Of a stretch of DNA of 64,000 nucleotides, positions 10,435 through 22,562 are shown one piece after another. The stretch is from Spirochaetia bacterium (lineage in GTDB: Bacteria > Spirochaetota > Spirochaetia > DSM-16054 > Sediminispirochaetaceae). The notes beneath the pieces are model-generated. The model was not told the DNA's origin and did not search any database. It saw only the letters and a program-made list of their open reading frames with translations. The number at the start of each line of letters is the position of its first letter. The stretch's first letter is position 1. The DNA lies in NCBI GenBank assembly GCA_034520965.1, contig JAXHMY010000001.1, positions 288,001-352,000 on the forward strand, in the 5' to 3' direction. The position numbers were made by a program, and so were the translations under genes.

Positions 10435-11403
10435 CTAGGCAAACCCTAACAAACGTAGAATAAAAAAACCATAAAAGAGAAGCAGTATCCCACCTTCAAG
10501 GCGATTAATTTTATGGTCGAGGACTATGATAATATAGAGTAAGGTTGCCGCTAAAGAGAGGGGAAGCGAAAAAGTAATTATAGAATCGGGTATTCGCAGT
10601 GTTCCAACCATAGCCGGAACACCCATAACCAGGAGGGTATTAAAAATATTTGAACCAAGCACATTCCCAATGGTAATTTCAGGCTTGCCCTTCCGCGCTG
10701 CGGCTATGGTAACGCTCAGCTCCGGGAGGCTGGTACCTAGGGCTATTGCCCCCAAGGCTATTACCTCGGGGGCTATCGACAATCTTTTTGAAAGTGTAAC
10801 CACCGCCTCAATTGTATACTGGGCACCGATATAAATTCCCAAAGGTGCGAGAATTAAAATAAACCAGTGACGTAGACGCGGTTTCACCGGGTGTTGCTCT
10901 AACTCGAGTATTTCCTGCATCTGCCTGGGGTTGCGAAGAGTGTAATAGAGGTAGTATCCAAATGCGACCAGACACAGCACAGCTTCAGCGTTGGTAAACT
11001 CCTGATCCACCACCATAAACGCCAACAACAGGGCCGATGCCGCTAAAAAGGGCACATCGGATTTCATTACATCGTAATCAACCACGAATTCCTTACCGAG
11101 CACCCCCGCTACGCCTACTACTAAAAAGATATTGGTAATATTCGAGCCAAGGACATTGCCGATTACAATTTCAGAGGTGCCGCTGGCCACCGACACCAAG
11201 GAGGAGACCAGTTCGGGAAGGCTGGTACCGAAGCCAACTATCAAAACCCCGATTACAAAGGGAGGCATCTTAAAAAATGTACCGATTTCTTCCGCGGATA
11301 CAATAAAAAGGTCTGACGATTTTAATAAAATCGCCAGACTTACCACAAATATTATCGCCCACGCTGCCGCACTCATAGTCCATAAGTATATTAGCGGGAA
11401 CAA
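10435..11403 (-). CDS. Ca2+/Na+ antiporter (YrbG-like, CaCA family)
   Basis: Two alpha repeats GTSLPEL...GNVLGSNI; start could be 11376. Confidence 0.92.
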   Translation of the reverse strand: MFPLIYLWTMSAAAWAIIFVVSLAILLKSSDLFIVSAEEIGTFFKMPPFVIGVLIVGFGTSLPELVSSLVSVASGTSEIVIGNVLGSNITNIFLVVGVAGVLGKEFVVDYDVMKSDVPFLAASALLLAFMVVDQEFTNAEAVLCLVAFGYYLYYTLRNPRQMQEILELEQHPVKPRLRHWFILILAPLGIYIGAQYTIEAVVTLSKRLSIAPEVIALGAIALGTSLPELSVTIAAARKGKPEITIGNVLGSNIFNTLLVMGVPAMVGTLRIPDSIITFSLPLSLAATLLYIIIVLDHKINRLEGGILLLFYGFFILRLLGFA

Positions 11404-11430
11404 TTCTACGCAATTACCTCTGCAATTCTT

Positions 11431-12381
11431 TTAATTATCCGCGTTCGGAGTTTTACCCTCATTTCTTTTTACCATTCGTTCTATCTTCTGCATTACTCCG
11501 TTCATATCTGAAAGATCCAGGGGCACCATAAGTTTGGTTTCCTTACGGGCCAGGTTTTTCAGCTCGCTGATATACCCCTCTGCAATTCGCAGAGACAGGG
11601 CATCCTCGCCACCGGAAACTTCAACTGCCGCCGCTACTTTACGAAGACCCGCGGCGGTTGATTTTGCAAGGGCGGTAATTTCACTGGCACGTCCCTCAGC
11701 CTCATTGATAGACTTTTCTTTATCCCCCTCGGACCGGTTAATCGCCTCTTCCATTTCAGCCTGGGAGTAGTTAACCTTTGACTCCATTTCACCCAAACTG
11801 CGGGCAATGGCGGCCCGTTTTTCACGTTCCGCCTTCATTTGTACTTCCATGGCCTCTAGGATTCCCTCGGGCACATTGATATTTTGAATCTCGTAGCGCG
11901 AGACTTTTACTCCCCAGGCATCAGAGGCCTCATCGACGGCTTTGACTACCCGCGCATTGATAGATTCCCGTTCTTCAAAGGTGCGGTCCAGCTCCAAACG
12001 CCCTATTACCGAACGCATAGTAGTCTGGGCCAGCTGAATAGTCGCGTATTCATAGTTGGTTATACCGTAGCTGGCGCGACGTGGCTCAACCACCCTCATA
12101 TACAGCACTCCATCGACACGAACCTTTACATTGTCCTGGGTAAAACAATCCTGGGCCGGCACATCAATGGCCTGCTCTTTCATACTGTGCTTATAGCGAA
12201 CCTTCTCTATAAAGGGAATCAACACGTGAATACCCGCCTCCAGAGTCCGGGTATACTTACCCAGCCGCTCAACTACCAAAGCCGATTTGGCCGGAACAAT
12301 GCGGATGCTTCTTAATAAAGTGAAGACAACAAATAGTAGAAAAAGTCCAAGTAAAATTAGTAGTGGTAGAAATGGATTCAC
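11431..12381 (-). CDS. SPFH/band 7 (paraslipin-type) protein
   Basis: VVERLGKY, TQDNVKVRVDG, LAQTTMRSVIG, AEREKRA. Confidence 0.92.
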   Translation of the reverse strand: MNPFLPLLILLGLFLLFVVFTLLRSIRIVPAKSALVVERLGKYTRTLEAGIHVLIPFIEKVRYKHSMKEQAIDVPAQDCFTQDNVKVRVDGVLYMRVVEPRRASYGITNYEYATIQLAQTTMRSVIGRLELDRTFEERESINARVVKAVDEASDAWGVKVSRYEIQNINVPEGILEAMEVQMKAEREKRAAIARSLGEMESKVNYSQAEMEEAINRSEGDKEKSINEAEGRASEITALAKSTAAGLRKVAAAVEVSGGEDALSLRIAEGYISELKNLARKETKLMVPLDLSDMNGVMQKIERMVKRNEGKTPNADN

Positions 12382-13315
12382 GCCCGACCTCCCTTATCAC
12401 CACGGGTACTTATTCCTATGGAAGGGGTAACCGTATCAATCAATGATTTCAACCTGGCCAGATCATCCGGCAATACCGAAGTTTCGGCGGTGTTGATAAT
12501 GGAACCAAACTGCTCGAGGTACTGTTCAGCCAGGCGTAAAGCCATGGCGGATTTTCCTTTGGGTAATTGAAGCGCCTCCGCAACCACGGTAAGCCCCCCT
12601 GCGGTTGCTTCACTGGTAATTTCAATTGCCTGGGCCTTTCCTTCAGCCTCATTGATCCGTTTTTGGCGTTCCCCCTTACTCAAATTGATTGAAGATTGCC
12701 GGTCGCCCTTTGAAATGTTTATTCTGGCACTCTTCTCTCCCTCACTGGCAAGTATACCGGCCCGTTTCTCACGCTCAGCCCGCATCTGCTGCTCCATCGC
12801 CTTTTCGATGGTTTCGGTGGGACTAATATCTTTGATCTCATAGCGGGTAACTTTTATTCCCCAAGGGTCGGAGGCTTCATCCAGGGCTTTTACAATTGCA
12901 TCGTATTAATTTGGTCCCGTTCGCTGAAGGTCCGGTCCAGCTCCAGCTTTCCGATTTCCGACCGCATGGTCGTTTTTGCCAGCTGAGCAGTTGCATAGCG
13001 GTAATTATCAATCCCATAGCTGGCTTTTACCGGGTCCATCACCCGCAGATACAGTAGACCATCCACGGTGACCTGCACATTGTCGCTAGTAATGCAGACT
13101 TGCGGGTCTACATCAAAAACTTCTTCTTTAATGATGTGCTTATAGGCAATTCGCTGAATCACAGGAATTATCAAGTGGAGTCCCGATCCAAGAGTAGTCT
13201 GGTATTTACCAAACCTCTCGATTACATAGGCCTCTTGCTCAGGAACAATTCTGATAAGCTTAAAAAAGGTGATAATCACCAGAAAAGCCAGTACATAGGC
13301 AAAAATTACATTCAT
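12378..13315 (-). CDS. Second SPFH/band 7 protein, frameshifted near 12903
   Basis: ORFs 12890-13315 and 12378-12797 join via DAIVKALDEASDPWGIKVTRYEI after removing 2 nt. Confidence 0.88.
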
Positions 13316-13342
13316 ATGCGCTCCTTATAATTTCTAAAACGT

Positions 13343-13792
13343 TTATTTATCAAACGGTTCGCTTACCGTAAGCGTAATACCGTCCTCGTCTACAATCGAA
13401 ACTTGCTCTCCCGCCTCAAATGATTCAGTAAGACTCACCGCCTTCCAGCTAGTACCCCGATAACGTACGCGTCCCGGCTGGTCGGGCGAAATCGATTCCA
13501 AGACCTCCGCATGCTCCCCCAGCCCTTCCAGGGGCATACGGTTGAGCAGGGTTCCTCTAAAGAGCTTCTTAAACTTTTTCCGAAGCAAAATAAAGGAAAC
13601 CACCGAAGCCACAGCCCAGGTAACTACTTGCCACGCAAAGCTGCTCCCGAGTGGAGGCAGCACCAGGGCGGCAATAGCAACTATCCAGGCTCCAAGTCCA
13701 AAGAAAAAGATGGTAAACCCGGGAATTAACATCTCCGATGCAATCAACATGAGTCCAATTACACCCCAAAGAAATGATGACCCAAACAACAA
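13343..13792 (-). CDS. NfeD family protein
   Basis: Three TM segments plus GRVRYRGTSWKA; TTG start after GAGGAGG; adjacent to SPFH genes. Confidence 0.9.
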   Translation of the reverse strand: MLFGSSFLWGVIGLMLIASEMLIPGFTIFFFGLGAWIVAIAALVLPPLGSSFAWQVVTWAVASVVSFILLRKKFKKLFRGTLLNRMPLEGLGEHAEVLESISPDQPGRVRYRGTSWKAVSLTESFEAGEQVSIVDEDGITLTVSEPFDK

Positions 13793-13978
13793 AGTACCTC
13801 CTCTCTTAATTTAGCATAGAATATACCCTAGAGCATGCGCAAAATTCAGCTTGTTGGCAAGTTGGAGGAAAAGTATATTGGCAGAATAGAGACTATTCAT
13901 TGGTCTTTACTAGGCTCTGCTCAGCTCCATCCCAGAATTTGGGTTGAAGACAGTTCTGTTTCATAGTTTAATAGTGTC

Positions 13979-15160
13979 ATGAACACTTCGCACAAGCCTG
14001 ATTCACATTTTCACATCGGCCCCATTTTAATGTTGATGCTGATGGTGTTGTACAACTTCCTCTCCCGGGGAGTCTTTAGTCCATTGCTCCCAATTTTAGA
14101 GACGGAGTTTGGTGTCAGCCACGGGCGCTCAAGCTCGCTGTTCCTAATTATGTCGCTGAGTATGAGCAGCAGTATGGTTCTTTCCGGGTTTGTATCAAGT
14201 CGATTGCAGCATAGAGGGGTGATATTAATTTATGAGTTTATGCTTGGTTTTTCGCTTTTACTGTGTGCCTTCAGCAACAGTTTCCTGCTGATTCAGTTAT
14301 CCGTTGGAGTGTTAGGACTGAGCGCCGGTTTATACGCCCCTTCGGGGCTGGCATCGGTTACCAATCTGGCCAGCCGGCAGCACTGGGGCAAAGCGATTAG
14401 TCTGCATGAGACCGGGCCCAATTTCGGACTTATTTTAGCCCCCCTGCTGGTTGGTTTTGCGGCACCCCTTCTGGGATGGAGGTGGGTCTTGATTCTAATA
14501 GGAGTTGCAAACTGGTTAAATGGACTGCTCTACTTTATGTGGGGCCGAGGCGGAGCTTTCCATGGCGAACCTCCTAATTTTAAGAACCTCAAACTCATCT
14601 TAAACAACCGGGCCTTCTGGATTATGGCACTCTTTTTGGTACTGGCCGCCAGCTCGGCAATAGGAGTCTACTCCATCCTGCCGACTTATCTCATCTCCGA
14701 GAAAGGAATGGCTCCTAAAATAGTAAACAGTGTAGTAGGTTTTTCCAGAGTGAGTGCCATCGCATTTGTGCTTGGAGCCGGTTTTCTCACAGATAAATTC
14801 GGCTTAAAAACTTTGTTGGGAATTATACTCTCTTTAACCGGCGGTTTCGCCCTGCTGTTAGGTCTACTGGAGGGCACTCCTTTACTGATAGCAGTATTCT
14901 TTCAGCCGATGATTGTAGCGGCCTTCTTTCCCGTCTTTAATACCAGTATTTCAAATATCACTACTGCAAAGACCAGAAATGTTGCCTTCTCTTTAATTAT
15001 TCCCTTTGCCTCAGCACTCGGTGCCGGAGCAACCCCCACTCTAATGGGCTTCCTTGGTGAACAGGGCCATTTTGCTTCCGCCTTCATTGGGCTTGGAGTT
15101 CTTTGTATTGCGGCCACACTCTTGCTTCCACAGCTTCACCTGAAGCGAGAACAGGAGTAG
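13979..15160 (+). CDS. MFS transporter
   Basis: 393 aa, about 12 TM segments, motif-A-like GFLTDKFG. Confidence 0.85.
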   Translation: MNTSHKPDSHFHIGPILMLMLMVLYNFLSRGVFSPLLPILETEFGVSHGRSSSLFLIMSLSMSSSMVLSGFVSSRLQHRGVILIYEFMLGFSLLLCAFSNSFLLIQLSVGVLGLSAGLYAPSGLASVTNLASRQHWGKAISLHETGPNFGLILAPLLVGFAAPLLGWRWVLILIGVANWLNGLLYFMWGRGGAFHGEPPNFKNLKLILNNRAFWIMALFLVLAASSAIGVYSILPTYLISEKGMAPKIVNSVVGFSRVSAIAFVLGAGFLTDKFGLKTLLGIILSLTGGFALLLGLLEGTPLLIAVFFQPMIVAAFFPVFNTSISNITTAKTRNVAFSLIIPFASALGAGATPTLMGFLGEQGHFASAFIGLGVLCIAATLLLPQLHLKREQE

Positions 15161-15195
15161 GCATACCTCACTAAACCGGTTTAGCTTTTCCTGAT

Positions 15196-16179
15196 TCAGG
15201 TTTCCCTGGCCGGAGGGGCCATAAAATCAGGACCAATTGGATTGTCAATTTCTTCCTGTAGTATCTGATCTATCTGCTGTATATCTTCCTCTGAGATTTC
15301 CCAATCCATAGTACCGTCAATATCGGCAAGCTGTTCAGGCTTGCGTGCACCCCATAAAGCTACTTCAACTTCCTGCTGCAAAATCCAGTTTACCGAAAGC
15401 TGCACTAAACTCTTTTCATTTTTTTCCGCCACCTTTTTCAGCCTTTCTACTGCGTTCAAATACTGACTATAACGGGGGTTTTGAAATTTTGGGTCGATAT
15501 TACGCAGATCATCTCCCTCAAAGCTGGTGTCCTCGGTCATTTTTCCGGTCAGTAAACCGCGGCAGAGGGCGCCATAGGTAATCAGAGCAATTCCGTTCTG
15601 TTTACAAAATGGTTTTAACTCGCCTTCGATACCCCTCTCAAAGAGGTTATACGGAGGCTGACAGGTGTGCAGAGGAGCATGGTCCATAAACTGATTCATC
15701 TGATCGACACTAAAATTGCTGACCCCTACAGCACGAATAAGCTGTTGTTCATACAGTTCACGCATAGCTGCGGCGGTTTCCTCGATTGTTACATTCGGGT
15801 CCGGCCAATGAACCTGATACACATCGATGTAGTCTGTGTCGAGCCTGGTAAGTGAATCTTCAATTTCTTTGAGGATCCGATCGCGGGAAGCGTTTCGATA
15901 CGGATTCCCCTCGTGCCATTCAATTCCCACTTTGGTGGCCAACTCGAAACTACTGCGCTCCAGCCCTTTGAGTGCTTGCCCGACTATCCGCTCCGATTCT
16001 CCAAATCCGTAGATCGGAGCGGTATCGATCAGTCCAACTCCCTCAATCAAAGCACGCCGAATAGTCTCTATCGAAAGATCCTCATCGGTTCCGCCCCACA
16101 TCCAGCCTCCGATTGCCCAGGTGCCCAATCCAACTCTGCTGGTGTGTATGTCGGTTGTAGATAACTGTGTTTCTTTCAT
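15196..16179 (-). CDS. Aldo/keto reductase (YhdN/GSP69-like)
   Basis: GLGTWAIGG, DTAPIYGFG, IDVYQVHWPD, GVSNF, QPPYNLF. Confidence 0.92.
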   Translation of the reverse strand: MKETQLSTTDIHTSRVGLGTWAIGGWMWGGTDEDLSIETIRRALIEGVGLIDTAPIYGFGESERIVGQALKGLERSSFELATKVGIEWHEGNPYRNASRDRILKEIEDSLTRLDTDYIDVYQVHWPDPNVTIEETAAAMRELYEQQLIRAVGVSNFSVDQMNQFMDHAPLHTCQPPYNLFERGIEGELKPFCKQNGIALITYGALCRGLLTGKMTEDTSFEGDDLRNIDPKFQNPRYSQYLNAVERLKKVAEKNEKSLVQLSVNWILQQEVEVALWGARKPEQLADIDGTMDWEISEEDIQQIDQILQEEIDNPIGPDFMAPPARET

Positions 16180-16253
16180 ATCTATAAATTTAATAATAGT
16201 GCAGCCCTAAGGCAAATAACGAATCATTCAAACGCACATGATAGTTCCCTCCC

Positions 16254-18258
16254 CTAATATTCAACCCTTGAAGTCACCTCTCCGGATTTTACCCGCAGCA
16301 ATCTCGGCCGGCCTTGGATTGTAAGCCCGCCAACCTGAAAGTCGAGGGTACTTGGCTCTTCAATATTCAAAGCCGCTTCCTCACCATCGTGAAAGACTAC
16401 GCGAATAAACGAACCCTGTTGATGAAAGGAGGGAACCAATGCAATCATCTGCTGGTCGGTTTCGCTGCCGCGGTTGGCATATACAGCGGCAGCCAGCAGA
16501 AAACTACCGGCGGCAGCGCTCTGGTAATCCAGTCGTGAACAGAAGCTCTGCACGTAGCGGGTATTTACCCCATTCAGCTGGCCTTGAAAAGGGCCCGCCG
16601 GCACTTGATGGGCGAAACCGTTTAATCCGGCCAGTAGAGTATAGCGGTTACCGATGCGAACTATTTCCGCAGCTCCACTGCTGCTTCGCACCGGCCGGCC
16701 GTAGTCGAAGCCCAGAGGGTAGCCTCCCTGTCGAAAGCGAAGCCCCGGCTTTGTAGTATAAACCTGATGAATATGCAGCAGCAGGCCCTCTTTCACCAGC
16801 GTCCAGGTGGTTATCTCCCCCTCGGGATCAGCTTTGTGGAGAGGATAACGAGCTGCTGCAAAGTCTTTCTCACAATACAGGTTGGTCATCTCCCAGCGCT
16901 GATGAAAGAAAATTCCATCCTCCGACCACTGCAGGCTCGAATCGCTGTTAAAGGAGCCGTACACCGCCCGTGAATCGTAGGTGAAAATGCTCGAATACGA
17001 AAAATTGGTATACTTGGCGTTGTATTCATCTTTGTCGTGATACGACTTGTGGTTAATCAACTGTACGTGGCCGCTGTGCTGATCGCCTAACAGCAGCATA
17101 CCGGCACTCTTGAGGGGGATAGAAAAACTGTTCTTATGAATCGGCAGCGGTTCTTCCGGCGCCGACCAGAAGGGATCCTCCGGCGGTATCATTAGTATGT
17201 TCAGTGCCTTGACCGCCCAGTAAGGAGACCCCCGCAATTATAGTGCTCCAGAACCCCTTCGGCGGGTCGCAAAAATCCCATCGACAGGTGTCCCAGGTCG
17301 GTAAGGATTTCCCGGGAAAGAAAATTTTCAGAGTCATATCGAGCATGGTCCGCAATTCGCCCACGGGTATGTCTAAAGCCCCCAGGGAGTAGCCCAGGGC
17401 CAGCGGGGCCAGATAACCAAAGCGATAGATCATCGAGCGGCCGTAACAGGGAGCACTTCCGTCACTGGAGATAAAATAGCGCAGTATCCGCCCAAACTCG
17501 CGCACCCGCAGCTTGTGGGTTTCGGCCAGTTCGGGATGCTCATCACCCTCCAGAATAGTGTAGATTAAATAGTAGTAGTGAAAGGCCCAGGCATTGTAAT
17601 AATCGATTCTGTTTATATCACCATCACGGTACCAACCATCACCGATATACATGTGCTCACAGGCGGCGATATTTCGATCGATCTGCTCCTGACTGTAGGG
17701 CATCCCAAGCTTTTTCAGCACCCCATTGGTAACCACATTGAAAAGCAGCCAGTTGTTTTGATGGTATTCGGCTTGGGTGCATTGATAGAGGTAACCGCCC
17801 ACCTGTTGCTGTTCAGCCTGGGAAAATCGATCCCAGATGTGGGCGCGCGACTGATACAGCCCCCAGGCAAGAGATGCCATCTCTACCAGATGCTGGGCAT
17901 AGTCGCTAATATCACCCCAATATTCGGGATGCTCAGGGTTGGTGCCGTTCACAATTCCCTGTTGGTAGAACTCCGCCACCTCGTAACGTCGTCCCCCCAA
18001 CTCAAAACTAGGCTCACTCTGCTGAGACAGCCACGGGCCTGCCATAATGAACGAGCGGGTAAAACCCTCCAGTTCATCTGCCAGCCGTCCGTGGTGACTG
18101 CGGGGCCCGGGTATCAGCTGACGGGCACAGCCCGGAGATCCGTTATCAATTATTGCGGCCATGAGCTCGGAGAAGATCTCCTCATAATGAGCCCTGGTAT
18201 AGCCGGAAAAGCGGGATGCGGAGTAATCGTAGGGCGTTTTAAAATCTATCCGTTTCAC
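16254..18258 (-). CDS. DUF2264 family protein, two frameshifts (~17318, ~17232)
   Basis: ELEGFTR, LVEMA, NNWLLF, YIGDGWYRDG, DYYNAWAFH, GRSMIYRF, GSPYWA; breaks lie in T and G homopolymers. Confidence 0.8.
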
Positions 18259-20042
18259 CTTCGTCCTCCTCCAGAGGGCAGAGATGAATTAGCCTCTTCG
18301 ATTTGAAAGGGATTATAGGTGGACAGAGGCCACCGGCCTTGCGGGACAACCCTCCCGCACAGCACGTCTCTAGTAGTCCGCAGCCCCTCCGGTGAGAGGT
18401 TCATATTCAGGATAATACTGGGCGCATCGGGGATCATTCCGCCGCTATCCTTTATTTGATAGGGAGTGTTGGTAATAAGCAGCACCGGATACCCGGCATC
18501 GATCAGCTCTTTTACATAGCCGTTAGGAGCTGCAGAGCGGTCGTAGAAGTTGGTGCAGATAATCAAATCCCAACTTCCCTGGTTTACAAACTCCGGCACC
18601 CGATGATCATCTTCTTCATTCCCTGCGAAATCGGTTTCATAGGTCTGAAGACCGGGCCACTCCGCTTCCAACAGCTCTGAGAACAGGGCCGGATGGTCCC
18701 ACCGGTCGTTGGGACTTTTTACCGTGTTCAGCTGGTTGACCAGCAGCACCCGGGAAAGTGTTCCGGACAGAGGTACTACATTCAGATTATCCTTCGGTAC
18801 CAGGATTGCACTGCGGGCGGCTTTTTTAGCGGTTTGTACAACAATTGGGTCGCTGAATGGTTCTGAGGCCAACTCAGGGTCGGCTATTCCCATGGTGTCG
18901 AACATGCCGTATTTCTTTTTCATCCTCAAAACCCGTCGAACCTTGTCGTCCAGTTCATCAGAGGGGATTTTTCCCTGGTCGACCCATTTTCGGATGGTAT
19001 AGAACATCTCGCCCTTCTACTGGTTTTCCGCTTTCATCAGAATTACATCCGATCCTGCGGCCAGTGCACGGGCACAGGATTCACCGACCCCATATCGGTC
19101 GATCAGGGCACCCATGGTCATGCTGTCGGTCGTAATCACTCCTTTAAAACCGAGCTCCTCCCGCAGCAGGTCGGTTACAATACTCCTCGATACCGTTGAA
19201 ATAGTATCTCCGTCCAGATGGGGATACATACAATGAGCCACCATCACCGCATCAATACCGGCTTCGATTAACCGTTTATATGGATACAGCTCAACTTCAT
19301 GAAACCGCCGGTTATCAACTTCCAGCTTAGGACAAGCATGGTGGGCATCGGTGGCACTGTCGCCGCGACCGGGAAAATGTTTCGCCGCGGCAACCACTCC
19401 TGTTTCCTTAAACCCCTGCAGCATCGCAAGGGCATACTCGGCAACTACCGCCGGATCATCACCGAAGGAACGACGGCCGATCTCCGGGTTTAAAGGATTT
19501 ATATTCACATCTACCACCGGTGAGTGAATCATATCCAACCCAGCGGCCTTCAGCTGCAAGCCGGTTGCCCGGGCAACTTCATAGGCCAGTTGCGGGTTGC
19601 CCGATGCGGCAACCCCTAAATTAGAGGGAAACTGCACCACTCCACCGCGGCTGTAATCTTTGCTGGTATCCCCCTCCTGATCGATTACCATATGCAGGGG
19701 AATTCCCGGCTTCCGTACAGCCGCCAGAACCCGCAGTTCATTGAGCATCTCGACAAACTCTTCGGGAGCAGCATAAGGGGGTTCCCCCGATTTGGCCATT
19801 TTCTGCATCGAAGGCACATAATAAGCACCTAAGTTCTGTCTCTTTGCCCGATCATCACTGAAATAACGAAAAATACGGTAAAATGGAGACAGTCGAACCC
19901 CTCCGCACTGATACCTGGTAATCGCCTCACGAAGATCGTTGGTGATAACGGTACCGGACATGCCCACCACTACACATTGGCCTATCTTCTGTTCTACGGA
20001 CATCTGTCCGATTATTTTCTCTATAAATTGTTCATCAGTCAC
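18255..20042 (-). CDS. GH3 glycoside hydrolase (NagZ-like), interrupted by an in-frame TAG at 19017-19019
   Basis: IDQEG, SPVVDVN, RSFG, KHFPGRG..DAH, ITTDSMTM; the two ORFs are in the same frame, 9 nt apart. Confidence 0.85.
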
Positions 20043-20118
20043 ACTTATCTCCTTTCCACTTCATCTCTTGCTAGTGCCATTGGAGTTCTGCATTATTTTT
20101 AGTATACTTTGAAGAGCA

Positions 20119-20192
20119 GCGGGGGCTGTAAGCCTCACACTTGCCGGCCCCCGCATCCATTCCAGGGGGTAAGAGTTTCTCTTATCCCCTGG
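20119..20192 (-). terminator. Two tandem stem-loops downstream of the solute-binding gene (terminator or mRNA stabiliser)
   Basis: GCGGGGGCTGTAAG..CTTGCCGGCCCCCGC and CCAGGGGGTAAGAG-TTT-CTCTTATCCCCTGG. Confidence 0.6.
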
Positions 20193-20194
20193 TT

Positions 20195-21647
20195 TTAATA
20201 ATTCTTCATTGGGTCCCAATCGGGAAAGATAAAATCTTCCAGCTCTACATCGGCACCTTCGGCATTCGCCTTTTCGATGTTCCGCTTTAACTGTTCAGCC
20301 ATTTTCTCGTCCCATTCGCGGGCTTGCTGAACAAAGTAGTCCTCGCCCTTCAACAGGGATGCACTAAATATCTCGCCCATTCCCGGAGAAACCGACGGCC
20401 ACTGCACCTTTCCGGCATCCGGATTTTGGGTAACCGGTTCGGGGTGGTTTTTAACTACTTCATCTGCAATCTCGAGAAACCGCTTTTGATACCAATTTGC
20501 ATTACTGGTATCTACGTTTCTGTTTCCCGGAAAGACTCCATTCTCATCAAAGTGGGCTTTTTGGAACTCTTGTCCATGCAGCCATTTGTGACACTTCCGC
20601 CGCTTCTTTCGGGTTTTCGCTCTGGGAAGAGAGATACACTGAACCCTTTGCCAAACTCATGTAGCGATAGGCACGACGACCGCTGTCGGGGACCGGAACA
20701 TAGGCAATACCAAAATCGATATCCTCATAGCCCATGGATTCCCACACTCCCGGCATCCAGGTTCCATCTAAATAGAAGGCCACTCGATTCTCACCGAACA
20801 TACTGCGGGCCGCTTCCTTTTTCATTGAGCTCCAACCTGGTGCCACACTGCCGTCGTCAAGGAGACCCTTCACCAAACGATATACTTCAAGGTGGTTATT
20901 GTTTTCAAACTTAAACTCGCCATTTCGGTAATCAAAGCCGGGCCGCCCGTAGCGGATATCTCCGGAAGCGGGAGTTGCGGTAGTAAAGAACCCCTGTAAT
21001 GGGCGATCCATTCCATTACCTACCCCAGGGAATCCAATTCCATAGAATTTTCCATCTCCGGCCTCGGTAATCTGGCGGCATACTTCACGAAACTCGGAAA
21101 AAGTTTCCGGCATGTCCCGGGAAGGATCGAGTCCGGCCATTTCGAATACTTCTTTGTTGTAGTACAACAGCCCGTGCAGTTTTACAAAGCGGTTCTCAAA
21201 GGGGAGAGTATAAAGCTCACCGTTGTACTTCATAATTCCTTCCTGAAACAGTCGTTGGTCGAACTGAGACAGAAAATCCTGGTCCATATACTCGTCGATC
21301 GGCTGGATCCAGTCTTGAGCAATATAATCCATCGCACTCATCTCGGGGGACAGCCAGAACAGGTCCGCAGCTTGTCCGCTTTTCAGAGAGAGGGGCAGAG
21401 TCTGCTGGTACTGATCCTGGGCATAGGTCTCAAATTTCACGTTTATATTCGGATGTTCAGCCTCAAACTTTTCAGCTTCAGCCTCGAAAAAGTCTTGGTT
21501 TTCCTGGGACCAGTTAGTTACGGTAATAGTAACCGGACCTTCCTGTCCGCCCTCAGCCGACTCTTCCTGGGCACCGCCGGCCCACAGAGCGGGAGTCATC
21601 AGCACTATAAGTGCTACCAGTAGCATGATACTTTTCTTACGCATCAT
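20195..21647 (-). CDS. Sugar ABC transporter solute-binding protein, frameshift near 20590
   Basis: Signal LWAGGAQE, LLYYNKEVFEMAGLD, VAFYLDGTW; shifted frame KWLHGQEFQKAHF continues into ORF 20195-20407. Confidence 0.85.
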
Positions 21648-21707
21648 TTCTCCTCCTAATATTTTTTGTGAAGTGGTTCAAAGCTTGTGCAAAGCCAAGA
21701 CCATCTT

Positions 21708-22562
21708 CTATCCTTTCACTGCTCCCGCTAATCCTTCTATGAAGTAGCGTTGAAACAGCAGAAATACCACCATCATGGGTACAATTGAAATCGATGCGGC
21801 CGCCGCCATGGCCGCCCAATCGCTGGAAAACTCGCCGACAAAGGCGTACATGCCCACACCCAGGGTACGCAGATTCGGACGACTGAAGGTAAAGACCAAG
21901 GGAATCATAAAGGCCTTCCACGCCCCGATTGTGTTCAGAATAGTTACGGTACCGATAATCGGCTTGGCCAGGGGCAGCATTATATGCCGGAACTGCTGCC
22001 AGAAATTACAGCCGTCAATGGCTCCCGAATCTTCCATCTCTCGGGGTACCCCGATATAGAAGCCTATAAACAGCAGTATGGCGATTATCAGGGTTTTACT
22101 GGTATAAGCCAGGGTGTAGCCGATCCGGTTGTTGAGCAGCCCCAGCATATCCGCAAGTTGAAACAGGGGAATTATTGTGGTTGCCCGGGGTACCACAGTG
22201 GTTCCAATGAACAGCACCATAATCAGCCGTTTACCGGGAAACTTAAATCGGCCAAGCACATACCCGCTGGTTGAGCCCAGAAAAACAATCAGGGCCACTA
22301 CGCTCACCGCAAATATCACGGTATTTAGAAAGTAGATAGAAAAATTGGAAGTAGTCCAGGCACGTACATAATTGTCTAACTGTAGCGGATCGGGTATCAG
22401 TCCGGCGCTATTATTCCACATCTGAGCGTTTGTCTTAAAGCTGGCCGATACCATCCATACAATCGGGTATATCCAGATTATGCATAACAGTATTAGTACC
22501 CCATGCAGCGAGCCTCGCTGCATAAGACGTCGCAGATAACCCCCTCCCGTTGCTTTAGCCAT
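21708..22562 (-). CDS. Carbohydrate ABC permease (MalG-like)
   Basis: EAA loop VPREMEDSGAIDG; end FQRYFIEGLAGAVKG. Confidence 0.92.
   Translation of the reverse strand: MAKATGGGYLRRLMQRGSLHGVLILLCIIWIYPIVWMVSASFKTNAQMWNNSAGLIPDPLQLDNYVRAWTTSNFSIYFLNTVIFAVSVVALIVFLGSTSGYVLGRFKFPGKRLIMVLFIGTTVVPRATTIIPLFQLADMLGLLNNRIGYTLAYTSKTLIIAILLFIGFYIGVPREMEDSGAIDGCNFWQQFRHIMLPLAKPIIGTVTILNTIGAWKAFMIPLVFTFSRPNLRTLGVGMYAFVGEFSSDWAAMAAAASISIVPMMVVFLLFQRYFIEGLAGAVKG

Noticed and set aside
19017..19019. Genome-wide TAG recoding or pyrrolysine
   Set aside because: TAG ends many normal genes here (e.g. 5522, 7016, 15160, 45401); single instance only
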